This document shows positions 1 to 16,177 of a stretch of 64,000 bases of DNA, piece by piece; position 1 is the first letter of the stretch; each line of letters opens with the position of its first letter. Origin of the DNA: the human T2T-CHM13v2.0 reference genome, Homo sapiens; the NCBI RefSeq assembly GCF_009914755.1, contig NC_060931.1; one strand, 5' to 3'. Under the pieces are notes generated by a model. The model was not told the DNA's origin. It was given only the letters and a program-made list of their open reading frames with translations, and did not search any database. The translations under genes and the position numbers were made by a program.

Positions 1-251
1 CAGTAAAAAACAACAAACAGAAAAAGCACTATCCTCTTGAAAATGAGAAGGCACACTTCTAATTAACTTGGATTACAAAAGAATTAAAATTGAAATTACA
101 AACTACTTAGAAATGAACAAATGAGCACACTACATTCCAAGATTTGTGCGTACTGCCAAAGTGGTACAAATGGAAAGATTTGCAGCCTTGAGTGCTTGTA
201 GAAAACAGAAATTGTGAAAATAAACAAGCTAAGCTTATGACTCAAGAGTTA

Positions 252-590
<339 letters not shown>

Positions 591-2143
591 AAGAATAGTA
601 GAAATAAATGAAATTTTAAAAACCCCAAGTGGGCTTCATTAATAAAACCATTTTCTATTTATTTGGCAAGACCAATAAAATAGATGAATGCTTGGTGAAT
701 CAGATTAAGAAAAAAAAGAAGATATGCTTAATATAAGGATCAAGAAATGTGGAAAAAGCCAAATATTACTATGTACAACTTTAAATAAATATAATTAAAA
801 TCAAGATAAAATGTTTGATCCATAAATGCACAAATTACCAAAGTTGGTTCAGTAAGGAGCAAAGCTCCATGGACCATTACATAAAAATAAATGGAAAAAT
901 AATTAAAGGTATACTTAAAACAAAACAAAACACCAGATCCAAGTAGTTTCGCCAACTGGAGCTACCAAAGCTAAAAACAGGTATTTCCCATGTTATATAG
1001 TGGTCATAGTCCATAAAACAGATTGAACAATTTTTCAATTCGTAAGAGGTTTTTTTTTAATACCCTAGTTCTGAAATCAGATAAAGATAGGATCCAAAAA
1101 AAAGAGACTAATTCTCACAAACATAGTACAAAATTTCTAAATCTAGAAGTGTATTTTAAAAATAGTGCATCATGCCCAAGTTGAGTTTTTTCCAGGAGAA
1201 GAAGGGTATTTGGATGGTGAAAGTGTATTAATAGAATTCATTGTATTCTCTGAAGAGAAAATATATAATAGGCACCCCAAAAAGCAGTTGATAAGATCTA
1301 GCACACATTCCTCGTTTTAAAAAATGATCTTAGTAAAGAAGTCATAGAAGAAAGCATCTTATATTTGAAAAGGGGTTTCCAGTGGAAATCTACAACAAAC
1401 ATAATGCTTAACCATGAAATACTTGAAACATTCCCATTAAAATTAGGAACAATACAAGGGTAGCCTTTACTAGTACCACTTAGCATTAAAGTAGACATCC
1501 CATTCAGTACAACAATGGGGAAAAAGCCAAGAAAGAAGGTGAATACATATTGGAAAGTAATATACAAAACTGTAACTTTTTGCAGATGCACATTTCCATG
1601 TACCTAGAAAAATCCAAGGAAAATGTCAGAAAAACTTGAGAGCTAGTAAGATTTTGGTAGGGTGACTCTATAAAGATCTTGGTGAAGAAAAGTATACAGC
1701 TGAATTAAAGTTCTCATATAAAGATCTGAATACATGGAGAAACACACTGTTTCTTAACAGAAAAACTCAATGCTATAAAAGACAATTATTACAAAACATT
1801 TATAAATTTAAGACTGTTTCATTCAACATAGCAGCAGGTTTCTGTATAAAATTTGGCAAAATAATTCATCCGGATGAGAAAAAAATAGGAGGAGTAACAT
1901 TTTTCTAGCAGGTATTAAAGCATATCATAAAGCTTTAGTAATTGATTCAGTGTGGTATTGTCATAGAAATAGACCAGTAAATTGATGGAAGAAAGAGGTG
2001 ATCTAGAAACAGCCATTTATATGTGAGAGTTCAGTATATGATAAAGGTGACATTTCAAAAGAGTGGGGGAAATGATAGACAATTTATTAAAGAGTGTTCA
2101 ACAGTTACTTAATCATTTTGGGGAAAATAAAAATCACTCCCAC

Positions 2144-2484
<341 letters not shown>

Positions 2485-3949
2485 CTAGGTGGATTAGGGA
2501 GGTAAGCATAAAAATCAAATTTAAAGCACTGGAATAATCTCAATAGATGTAGAGTAAATATTTAACAAAATTAAAGATTCCTTCATGATTAAAAAACTCT
2601 TAGAAAATTAGGAGTAGAAAGGAATGTCCTTAATTTTATAAATGACATCTACAGAAAAACCTACATTGTACTTAACAGTGAAAAATGGGATGATTTTCAC
2701 CTAAGATTGGAAATAAGCTAAGGATGTTCACTCTCTCACTTCAATTCTCAGATATTATTGTCTATTAAGAAAATCCCAAGGCATCTATCCAAAAGTTCAT
2801 AGAACTAAGAAGTCATTTTAGTAAGTTTTCAAAATACAAGGTCTGTATACTAACAATGAATACATAAAAATCAAAATTAAAAAACAGCATTATTTCCCAC
2901 ACACACCAGTTCCATTTAGCACCAAAAAGATAAATATTTAATATATAGTTAACAAAATTTTCGTTATCTGTGTACTTAAAACTACAAAAGACCAATGAAA
3001 GACAGCATATACCTAAATAAATGGCAAGTCTTCCATGGATTGGAAGACTCAGTACTGTGTAGATGTCATTTCTCCCCAAATTGACATATAGATTCGAATG
3101 GCCGTAATCAAAATCGAAGTAGGAGTGTGACTTTTGTAGATATTATATTTTAAATTGACATGGAAAGACAAACTAAAATAATCAAAACAATTTTGGAAAA
3201 AAACTTTTGAAAATAGGTTGTTAGGAAATGCATACTATTTGATTTTAAGAGCTATTATAAAACTACAGTGATTAGGACAGTGTGGTACTGGTGGGAAAAT
3301 GGACACAAATATTAACGGAGCAGAGGGAGGATTTCAGAAATAGATCAAACTAGCCAACTGATTTTTGACAAAGGTGCAAACACAGTTCAACGGAGAAAGA
3401 ATAGTCTTTTCAGCAGATTGTTCTTGAACAGTTGGATATTTGTTCATAAAACCTGAATTTCAATTAATACCTTCCATCTTCTACAAAATTATAATCAAAA
3501 TGGATTTTAGACCTAAATATAAAAATCCAAAACTATAAAACTTCCATGGAAAAAAAAAGAAGAAAGATTTGTGTTCTAGAGTTAGGCCAAGATTTCTTAG
3601 ATTTTGATATCAAAAGCATAAGCTATAACAGAAAAAAAGAAATTGGACTTCATCAAAATTAAAAGTTTCTCTGCAAGACACCTAAGATAGTTAGAAGACA
3701 AGCAACAGACTGGAAGAAATATTTGCAAATTATGTACCTGAAAAAGAATTTGTATTGAAAAAATATAAAGAACTTTCAAAGTTCAACATTAAACAATAAA
3801 TAACTCAATTTTTAAAATGGACAAAAGATTTGAACACTTTACTCAAGAAGATGTGGGGCTGGCAAATAAGTATACAAAAAGATGCTCACTATTAACAGTT
3901 AGGGAAATGCAGATTGAAACCACAGTGAGGCACCGCTATACACCTTTTA

Positions 3950-4254
<305 letters not shown>

Positions 4255-7200
4255 CTTTTAGAATTTTTTAAATGTTCTTTTTAAACCAGACAATACAGAG
4301 CATCTGGAACTCTCAAACTCTGGAGCCCTAAAGCCCAGTGTGCTAGACGGGAGAGATGCCTCCAAGGTCTTATCTCTAGCCACTGGCTTCCGCCATTTGT
4401 ATGTGGTGTTCTATTTCTAATGTGTAGGCCAGCTTATAAAGTTAAACACACATTTACCACATGATCCAGTAATCCCTCTCCTAGGTAGTTAGCCAAGAGA
4501 GCTGAAAACTTATATTCACCCAGAAACCTTTATGTGACTGTTCATGATGGTTTTATTCATAATTGCCCAAAATCAAAAACCAGAAACAACCCAGATGTTG
4601 TTCTGCTGGTGAACGGACCAACGCACTGGCACTTCATGCAATGGAATGATAATCAGCAATGAAAAGGGGCAGACTGTGAGACACACAGCAGTGTGGATGG
4701 ACTTCATCTGCATTATGCCAGGAGAAAAAGTCAGATAAAGGCTACCTACTTTATGGTTCCATTTGTATGAGGAATCCCTTAAAAACAGATCCGTCGTTGC
4801 CACAGGCTGGCTGTGGGAGGAAGGGCAGGAATGATTTTGGAGGGTTACAGAACTGTTCAGTATCTTGTTTGAGGGGGTGCTTACATGACTGTATAAATTT
4901 GTTAAAAACTCATAGAGTGGTACACAAAGAGAGAATTTTGCTGTTTATGAATTTCAAAATGTGAATTTAAAAATTACTGTGAAAAAATGTAGACTATCTT
5001 GGTAATTGCACAGTAGGATAGGAAGGTGTGAAAACTCAGACGCTGTGAAGGAAAAGACTTACAGATCTGATGACTACAAAATATTAAACTTTTATAGGAC
5101 AAAAGTCACCCTAAACAAAAAATTAGGCCATCGGCTTGTGAATATATATATTCAGCAAATATTACAGACAAAGGACTAACATCCATAATGCAAAGGGTGC
5201 CTACAAATTAACATGTAAAAAGGTAAATACTATAAAAGACAAGTGGGCAAAGTACATGAGGTACAGGGTAAGTATAGGGAGTTCACAGAAACCAAAGAGT
5301 CAGTAGCTCGGAAGAGATTCACAACCTCACTTTCCATCAGTGAGCTGTGAATGAAAGCAATGATACAATATCATTTTCAACCATCAGATAGGCAAAGCTT
5401 TTAAAGATTGTTAAAACCCAACACCAGGAAGGGTGTGAGGCAACAGTCCCGTAGAGTTTTTGGGAGTGTATACATCTGTACAACTTTTTGAAAGATAATT
5501 TGGTAGTAGCTATCAAAAACCCAAACGTGCATACTTTTTGACTCAGCAATTTCACTTCTAGGTATTAATACTATAAAATACTCACATAGGTGCACAAATA
5601 TATATATAAAAGATTTTTTATTAGAACATCATAGTAGTCAAAAATAGGGACCAAATTAAACATCTATCAGCAGAGGAATGGTTACATAAATGAAGTGAGT
5701 CCGTAGGGTGGGCTGCTGTGACAGGATGGATGACACATATGTGAGTACTGATAGAGTACTGTGTAAATTTATTTATAATGAAATGCATTATTAAGTGAAA
5801 AAAGCAAATAAGAAAACATGCATATTGTCCTATTTAAAAAAAATTACAAATCTACATGCACACACACATACACACACATACAAGGTCTGGGTAGATACAC
5901 ATCAAAGCTCAGGCAGTGGTTCTTAAAGTAGGGGATCATGAAGGAAAGGTACACATTTAACTCAACAAAATTTGGTCTTACTGGAACTTTAAAAATGCAA
6001 ATGTGTTTATGTTTTGTTTTATTTTGCTTAACAAATATCTTGGTATTTTACTAAGCTTTTAAGTTAGTGAAATAAAGAGGCATAATTCAAACATATTTAT
6101 ACACTTTAAATTAAGTAAGCCCAAGTAGAAAACAAAAAGGTATATAATTCCCAAATCATGAATGAGAAGAAAGAATAAATTTGATTACTACAGTAAAAAA
6201 AGAAATAAGAAACAGGAAGTATTACAAATAGAAACCATAAAATAAAGTGACAGAACAAACACCAAGTATAACTTTTGTCATGACAGATGTGGCTTAAAAA
6301 TATCTTTCAAAACACAAAAGACTCAGATTGAGTAAAAAAAATACAATTTAGTCGTAAGCTGTTTACAAAAGGAGAAACTGCAAAATGAAATTGACAGAGA
6401 AGGTAGAAAAGTAATGAGATGGGCAAGAATATCAGAGGCAAATGCAACCCAAAGAACCCATCCATGCATGCTAATATTAAAATCACATGAAATAGAATTC
6501 AGGATGAGAATATCAAATGGAACAAATATAATTATTTTTATATGAATAAGTGATATAATGTACTATGAAGGCAATACAGTCAATATAAATGCTTCCAAAT
6601 AGGGAACTGGTGAATTATATTATGATACCTATTTATTTACAGTGAACCTCTACACAGCCAGGAAATTGCTAATGTAGAAAACATATAATGACCTGCAAAT
6701 GTTACAAACTATAAAGCAAAAACAAGGTTGTATACTGTAAGTATGACATGATCTCAATTTCGTTTTAACATTTTATTAAAAAGAAAAACGACTGGAAGGC
6801 TCACAGTATCAGGGTGCCATGCGGAGGGAGGACAGACATAGCGAAGCAGTCCTGAAACAACACTCGGTCACGTGTGAGGACATAATAATGGGTGTTCAGC
6901 CTGGTGGCTGGACAGCTCTGCCTTCAGACCAGCTTTAGCTGCTATGTCTTTTCCCCTTTGTTTTCCAGCCTTCTCACTTCCTATATCTCTTGGCTCCATA
7001 ACAGGACTGCCTGGTAATAGCTCATAATCCTTTTTCCTGAGTCTAGTGTGTACCATTGTGAGCTATCACTCTTCCCGTAAGGTTTATGTGATTTCTGTAT
7101 TTGGTTCCATTATTGATGTTGTGGGATATCCCATGGGAGGTGTCGAGACATTAGGAGGCCATAGATTGTGTTGGAAGCATTTAGGTGATCAGGGGAAGGT

Positions 7201-7898
7201 GCTGTGTGTTGCAAGGTGGCCAAATCCAATGAGAACAAGATGATCCCCTGGGGACAGATATCTGCATTGATCCTGGAGCTCCTATTGAAGGCTTTCTGTC
7301 TCCCCTGATAACATCTTCATAGCATCTCATGGGGATTGGGTTGTTGTGGTGCTGAGAAGGGAATAAATTAAGAGAAAATTGAGAAAATACTGCTATGGAA
7401 GAAGGGGGTCTTGATTTATATAAGCCGTGGTCAACATGTTCTCCCTGCAGCTAAGCTTGAGGTAGTACATTGCCTCTTCTCTGATGCTGGGTGCCATCAC
7501 GAGGCCAGAAAATGTTCCTAGGTTTGGTGAGCCACATTAATCTCTGTCCTTCTCTGAATTACCTTGAAACACTGGAATTTAAAATGTATCCTAGACTGGT
7601 ACCAGTAGGGACAGGGGAATTTAAGTTACTGACAAGAGTAGTTGAGGAATAGATTGGACACTGACAATAACATCTCAGGGGAAATAATTGGGGGAAGACT
7701 AGTGCCAAAACTACAGTAGGAATCTGTTACTCTGGGACACAGATGCAGGGTTAATTGGAATGAAATGTTACTACTTAGTGTGTAAAGGGAGGAAACTTTA
7801 CTAAATTTCAGTAGATTTCTATGAGACAGAAAGGATATGCAGACTGGAAATCTTCTCTTGCCCTTTACTATCTGTGACTTAGGGCAAACCCCCTAGAA

Positions 7899-8440
7899 CG
7901 GTGGTTCTTAAAGCTGAGCCTGCACCAGAAGCATCTATAGGGCGTGTTAAAATCCTGATGGCTTGTCTCCCTGCCAATCTCCCACCCCAGATTTCTGACC
8001 GGGTAGGTCTGGGGTGGGACCTTAGAGTTAGCTTTTTCTTTTCTTTTCTTTCCTTTTTTTTTTTTTTTTTTTTTTTTTTTTGGAGATGGAGTCTTGTCCT
8101 GTTGCCCAGGCTGAAGTACAGTGGGACGATCTTGACTCACTACAATCTCTGTCTCCAAGGTTCAAGCAATTCTTGTGCCTCAGCCTCCTGAGTAGCTGGA
8201 ATTATAAGCACCCACCACCACGCCTGGCTAATTTTTGTATTTTTAGTAGAGATGGGGTTTCACCATGTTGGCCGGGCTGGTCTTGAACTTCTGACCTCAG
8301 GTGATGCCCCAACCTCGGCCTCCCAAAGTGCTGGGATTACGGGGATGAGCCACCGCACCCGGCCAGTATTAGCATTTTTGACATGGTCCCAGCTTGATGT
8401 TGTTGTTGCGGGTCTGGAGACCACACTTGAGAACTACCTG
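7899..8440. mobile_element. MER5A-like hAT-Charlie MITE split by an Alu
   Basis: Termini cggtggttcttaaag and accacacttgagaactac; internal gtaggtctggggtggg motif. Confidence 0.75.
8033..8364 (-). mobile_element. Alu (AluSx-like)
   Basis: Reverse dimer with long T tract. Confidence 0.95.
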
Positions 8441-9120
8441 CTTAGAATCCCTATGGACAGGTAAAGAAAGTTAAGTTAGTGAATGAAGGATCTCAAAAGA
8501 TCCTCACTGTATTGAAGAACTTCCCCATTCAAGGGTTGTTAGACAACTGTTAACATTTAAATGGGAATGGCTGTCTGGCTGCTGAGGCAATGACCTCAGA
8601 GGTGCTGTCCCTCTTTCAATACATTGGGTCTGGTCCTTCATCTTACAGATTCAGTAAAGCCACAGATTGAGGAATGGGGTAAAGGAAATAATATAGAATC
8701 GAGATTTTAGATAAAATTTGTTCAAGCCCCTTCCAGCATCCTGGGAAAATTCCAGTGACTCCCTAGGATGTATGCGACCTTCAAGGGACTCATTTCTCAG
8801 CATTACCTTGGGTTCTGAGTCCCTGTCTCACTGACCTCTCACCTTCTATGCCTGTTCCCTTCTTTCTACTGCACATGCCCAGAAAGTGGAATTTGGCCCT
8901 TTCCTTATTCCCCCAATGCCACTCACAAGGGATGTGGCAGACATCGTTTTGCCTGTCCAATAGCCCCCCACTTCCTGGTCATAGAACCCCAGTCAGCTTT
9001 GGGAAGCTGCCCCTCCCCAGTGGAAGTGGATCCAGGGGGCTGGTAAGGTGTCCTGTCAACTCTAGGGCAAGGACCTGGGAAGTTGCACTCTGAGTCTGGA
9101 GTGGGCAGCTGCCCACTGAC

Positions 9121-9257
9121 CTCAAGAGCTGCAGACCAGCTGGGTCGCCAGCACCACATTTCTGATCCTTGCTTTTCAATAGTTCCTTTAATTCTTTGAT
9201 TTGCTGCATATTTTCCAATAAATCCTGCCGTTCTGAAGTTAGCTCCAGTAGCCTTGC
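9121..9257 (-). pseudogene. Best-preserved pseudo-exon (TRIM36-like coiled-coil C-terminal exon)
   Basis: Polypyrimidine tract ctttttctttttctttac upstream and donor GAG|GTCAGT downstream. Open frame ARLLELTSERQDLLENMQQIKELKELLKSKDQKCGAGDPAGLQLLR gives 12/26 ungapped identities to remembered TRIM36 [26 protein letters not shown]. Confidence 0.65.
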
Positions 9258-9814
9258 TTGTAAAGAAAAAGAAAAAGCCACAGACTAGAGGTTTGGGATC
9301 GAGAAGGGGTTTGTATTTCAGCAGTGCAGATAACTTCAAAGGCAATGTTCGACAGTCTCATTGATTTTACTTAAAAAGTCTTTGGCCGCTCTGCCACAGG
9401 ACTGTGCTTCTTTTCACCTTCCCTCATGGGCCTCAGTCACCTCATATGTGGTCCCCCCCATTTCCCCTCCATTCCCACCTACGAATTTCCCCAACTTTCC
9501 TCTGCTCATGGATGAGTCCTGCAGAGCAGCGTGACTCTCTCTCTGTACTGTCTCCTTTCCAGCCATGCCATGGGGTGTCACCCTCCATATTCAAAGCAGT
9601 CTATCTAGGTCTTCTCAAGACAATTCTCTCTTGAAGAGTAACCAAGAGCAACAGCAAGCCTGCTGTTCAAAAAGTACATCTCACTCTGCAACAAATCAGT
9701 GCCTACTATGTACCAGTTCTTACAAAGTGACACGTCATCTGATGGAGCAGGTCATTGTATCTTGTGAATGCTGAATAAACCAACAGAACACTGATTTATA
9801 AACCATAACAACTT

Positions 9815-10012
<198 letters not shown>

Positions 10013-10017
10013 TAGAA

Positions 10018-10200
10018 TGGGGGTTGTCAAACTGTGGTCTGCAGGCTGTTTTTGTACAGCCCATGAGCTAAGAACATTTTTAAAGCAGTTTTAATGGGTT
10101 GCAAAACAAAAAGAAGAATCTACAACAGAAAACCCATATGGCTTGAAATCTTGAAATATTTATTCTTTGGCGCCTTACAGAAAACATTGGCTAACCCCTG
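10018..10200. mobile_element. MER58-like hAT-Charlie element
   Basis: ggggttgtcaaact...tttttgtacagcccatgagctaagaa...aatatttattctttggcgccttacagaaaa...ctaacccctg. Confidence 0.8.
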
Positions 10201-10799
10201 GAACAGAATACTCTTGTAACAAGGTCCTTGAGACTGGGATGGATACCCAGACCTTAGGAAATTGATCAAAGTTGGGCTATTTTATTTGGGGATTGCCTAT
10301 TTAGGCCAGGAAGCCCTTTCTTCCTGTCATTATAGGAGGTGGCTAATTCTATGGTTGAAAAGGAAAGAGGGAGGGATGTTCTGTGATTGCTGGGCCCAAC
10401 TTGGAGGTATGAGGAGGCCAAAGAGGTTCTGGGGTAGGAAGAGCTGCTCTTGTCCTGTGGAGGGCCTGGAAGTTGGGCCCCACTGGCCTCTGTGGTCTTT
10501 GTCAGAGGGAGTGGTAGCAGAGGAGGCTGGGGCTGTGGATTTGCAGGATTGCATGTGAGAGAGGCAGTCCTGGCAGTGGTGGAGTAGCCCTGGATGCCCC
10601 TTAGTTCAGCAGGAGGGGAGGTATGGGGTGAACAAACAGTTGTGGGGATTGACCTGGATTGGGGAACATTTGAAGCTGGCTCTCCCAACTTGTTATAGCA
10701 GATGAGCCACGGAGTTAACTGGCTCTCAAACAAATGGATGCCACCCTTATCTCCTGATATCCCTGGCTTCTCTACCTAAGATTGCATCACCCTTACCCC

Positions 10800-11028
10800 T
10801 TTCTTCTTATAGATCCTTTCACTTGTTGCTTTCTCTTCTTGCTACTTAGTACTCTCTAGCTCTGATATTATTTAACCCACCCCTTATTTCTCATTTGTCT
10901 CCTTCACTAGAATGCTAGCCCTATGAAAGCAGGGATCTGTTTTGTTCACTGCTTTAACTATAATGCTTTGAACGGTGTCAGGCACACAGCAAGTGCTTAA
11001 TAAATATTTGTTGATTTAATTGAATGAA
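10800..11028 (+). mobile_element. L2 3' end
   Basis: ctagaatg...gcagggatctgttttgttcactgct...ggcacacagcaagtgcttaataaatatttgttg...tgaatgaa. Confidence 0.85.
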
Positions 11029-11429
11029 CTTTATTTCCTTCATAATATTCGTGGGAAAAGAATCACTGGAAAGTCTTAATTCCTACTAATTTGGTCAGGA
11101 AGGGGCTTAAAGTCCCTCCAAATTGAACGTTAATGGAAATGTGATCGTATTTTCTATCCTTAACTAATAAAGACTGCCATATTGGTGATATTAGTATCAG
11201 TTTGCCAGTACATTTCTTCTTAGCAAAATGCTTACATAGGATGCTAACTTACTAACAAAAGGTTATTTACTGAATCTGGAATCAGAATAAAGGTTGTTGC
11301 AGGCATAATCATAGTAGCTGGTGTTAGGAAGCTGTGGGATAGCCTGATGACCATGCACGTGGGATGGGAATACATCTTTCAAGGGGATCAAGAAACTTAG
11401 GGAGTATCCGGGGCCCTTCTCTCTCCCAT

Positions 11430-12124
<695 letters not shown>

Positions 12125-12921
12125 GGTCTTTTTTTTTTTTTCTAAACTATACGTGTATTCCAGCCCTTACAACACAGAGCTCTGCAAGTAACAGATGCCC
12201 CCAACTTAAAAAAAAAAAAAAATGAAGCAAATCCCAGTTCCACGTTCTTCTGGAGATACCTCTTCCCCTTAATTTGACGTGTCTGGCTCCCAAGTCTCAT
12301 CAGGAATAGGCTGTTATTCTCTAAATCGTAACTATCCCTTGTAAAAGTAGCTACCACTTTAATTCGAAAACCAGGCTAATATTTTAAGTGTATCAAGAGA
12401 GGCTTTTTATTGTCACTATCTGTTGAAACCTTCAATAAATCTGAGAGTATTCTTAGAATCAACACATAACTTTTGTGTTTTGTAAGTTTGGAACGTTGCC
12501 TGTTGGATTTTCTTAGTGTGGCACATGATTGAAGGGAGCATGTTAACCTTTTAACTAAAATAAAGTGTTTTTGCACAAATTTAGTGATTATACCTGAGCT
12601 GGTTAATGTGAGAGAAATGATCTTAAACATGAGCTTACTCTCTTGTTGTGGAGGTAAGACAGACACAGGCTACAATTTGATAACCAATAAAATTGCTTTT
12701 GATTAGTGCCAAAATGTATGGAGCAGATATTGAGTCCAGTATTTGGATAAGATAAAATATCTTGGAATATTTTGGGACTAATTTTAGGATAGACATATCA
12801 TTTTTAGGAATGTTTATAACAGTCCCCATCAGGAGATAATCCCTTCTAGAAGGTTTCTTAGATTTGAACAGTCTTGTTTAAAAAGATAAAAGCTCCTAGA
12901 GGGAGCTCACTAAAGGGAATG

Positions 12922-12940
12922 TGGTTCCCTCTAGTGGTGG
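12922..12940 (-). promoter_or_regulatory. Candidate CTCF binding site
   Basis: Minus strand CCACCACTAGAGGGAACCA closely matches the CTCF core CCAC[CT]AG[AG]GGGC, in non-repeat sequence. Confidence 0.45.
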
Positions 12941-13576
12941 TAGAAGAAGTTGTGAATTTTCTTATTTATTTCTTTTTTTCATATTTATTCATTGCATCCT
13001 GATACATAGTAGTTCCTGTATTAGAGATACAGAAATAAAAGACACAGTTTTATTTATCAAACTCTTACAAAGTTGGAATAGAGAAGAGCAAATAATTATG
13101 ATACTGTATCTGAAAATAGTAAAAAGCCTCCTAGTCCAGATCTGGAGGGATGGGGTTAGACAAGGAAAGACTTCCTGAAGAATTAGATGTTATCTGAGTT
13201 TTTATAAAAGGAGCACCTATTATTTCTTCCTCTATACAATAGTAATGTATTATACGGGTATATTTGACGTTTATTTTGGAAAATTTGGGAAACAGATGAG
13301 TTTTTAAAAAGTCCATTATTTTCTTCACCAAAAGATAACCACTTACAACATTTTGCTATATCTGCTACAAGCCACTTTTTATGGATAATTTATGTTTTAA
13401 CAGAATTTATGCCCATGACATTTTGTAATGTACTTTAAACAAGTTAATATATTTTGAAAATTTTCTTGTATTACTACATTCACTAGTATAACATTATTCG
13501 TTCTCAAAATAGTTTTCCCCTTTTTCCCACTGTTACTTTTTCAGGTGAACTTTAGAAAAATTTTGTTCATTTTTAA

Positions 13577-14392
<816 letters not shown>

Positions 14393-14611
14393 TAAAATTC
14401 CATTGATATTTAGATTGTGAGAAATATAGAAATTTATTTGGGGAGAGTTTATATCTTTATAATATTAAATTAAGTCTTGTATCTAGACATGTAGTAGGTC
14501 TCACCATCCATTTGAACCTTCATTTTTGTTCTCCCTATCAAATGTTACAGTTTTCATCATTGGGTACAGCACTTTAATTTAAAGGTTTTTTTCTAGGTGT
14601 TTTATGTTTTT

Positions 14612-14912
14612 GTTTTTATTTATTTATTTGAGACAGAGTTTCGTTCTTGTTGCCCAGGCAGGAGTGCAATGGCGTGATCTCAGCTCACTGCAACCTCCCC
14701 ATCCCGAGTTCAAGCGATTCTAGTGCCTCGGCCTCCTGAGTAGCTGGGATTACAGGCAGCCCCCACCACACCTGGCTAATATTTTGTATTTTTAGTAGAG
14801 ACGGGATTTCACAGTGTTGGCCAGGCTGGTCTCAAAATCCTGACCTCAGGCGATCCACCTGCCTTGGCCTCACAAAGTGCTGGGATTACAGGCGTGAGCC
14901 CCCACACCCGGC
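14612..14912 (-). mobile_element. Alu (AluSq/Sx-like)
   Basis: Reverse dimer. Confidence 0.95.
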
Positions 14913-15348
14913 ATGTATTTTTATTGAATTGGCTATTGGATCTTCCTTGACTCTTTTTTTTTTAAACTAATTATTATGGATATAGGCATAGTAACACAAC
15001 TGATTTTTAAATGTTTTGAGACCTTACTGATGCCAGAATTTTAATCTTTTTAGTTTTTTGTTGTTGTTGTTGTTGGTTTTTCATGTAGATAATCGCCAGC
15101 ACCTAAAATAATCACCATTAATCCTTTTATTTTTTCTTATCTTAATGCATTGGGAGGAATAGCCATAACTACATTAAATAATATAGGAACTTTTGTCTTG
15201 CTTTTTACTTTATTCTTGTTTTACCTTAAAGTGTAGGATTGTCTGATTTTTTTTTTGACATAGATATTTTTCACATTATGCCTTATTTACTAAGTTCTCT
15301 TTTTAATTTGGAATAAGTACTAAATTTGTCAGATGTCTTCTTGGTATT

Positions 15349-15787
15349 TATATTAGTTTCCTAGGGATGCCTAAAAAAATCACCACAAATGTAGTGGCTT
15401 AAAACAACAGAATTTACTCTCTCACAGTTCTGATGGCCAGAAGTCCAAAATGAAGGTCTTGCAGAGTTGACATCTTCTGGAGACTCTGAGGGGGAATCCC
15501 TTCCATGGTCCCCTTCCGGCCTCTGATGGCTGTCAGCGATCCTTGGTACTCTTTGACTTACAGCTCTGCCTTCATCTTTACATCTTCTTCTCCTCTGTCT
15601 GTGTCTTCTCTTCTCGGGACACTTGTCATTGGATTTAGAGCCTACCTGGATAATTCACAATGATCTCATCTTGAGAGTCTTAATTATGTCTACAAAGACT
15701 CTTTTTCTAAATAAGGTCACGTACACAGATTCCTGGTAGACATATTTTTGTGTGTGTGTGTATGGGCCACAACACAAACTACTACAG
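15349..15787 (-). mobile_element. MaLR solo LTR (MLT1C-like)
   Basis: tatattagtttcctagggatgcc...gtggcttaaaacaacagaatttactctctcacagttctg...aaataaggtcac. Confidence 0.85.
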
Positions 15788-15810
15788 CATCTATTAAGAA
15801 AGGTATCTTT

Positions 15811-16177
<367 letters not shown>

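Noticed and set aside
6850-7060. Possible PRY/SPRY continuation of the relic (ORF 6868-7056)
   Set aside because: No convincing B30.2 motifs; the 3' boundary of the relic is uncertain.
9570-9772. Possible first coiled-coil exons of the TRIM-like relic (FTRYNDLLHQMTCHF|gtaaga; VTLQERIVL)
   Set aside because: The position fits, but similarity is too weak to call by eye, so it is not used as evidence.
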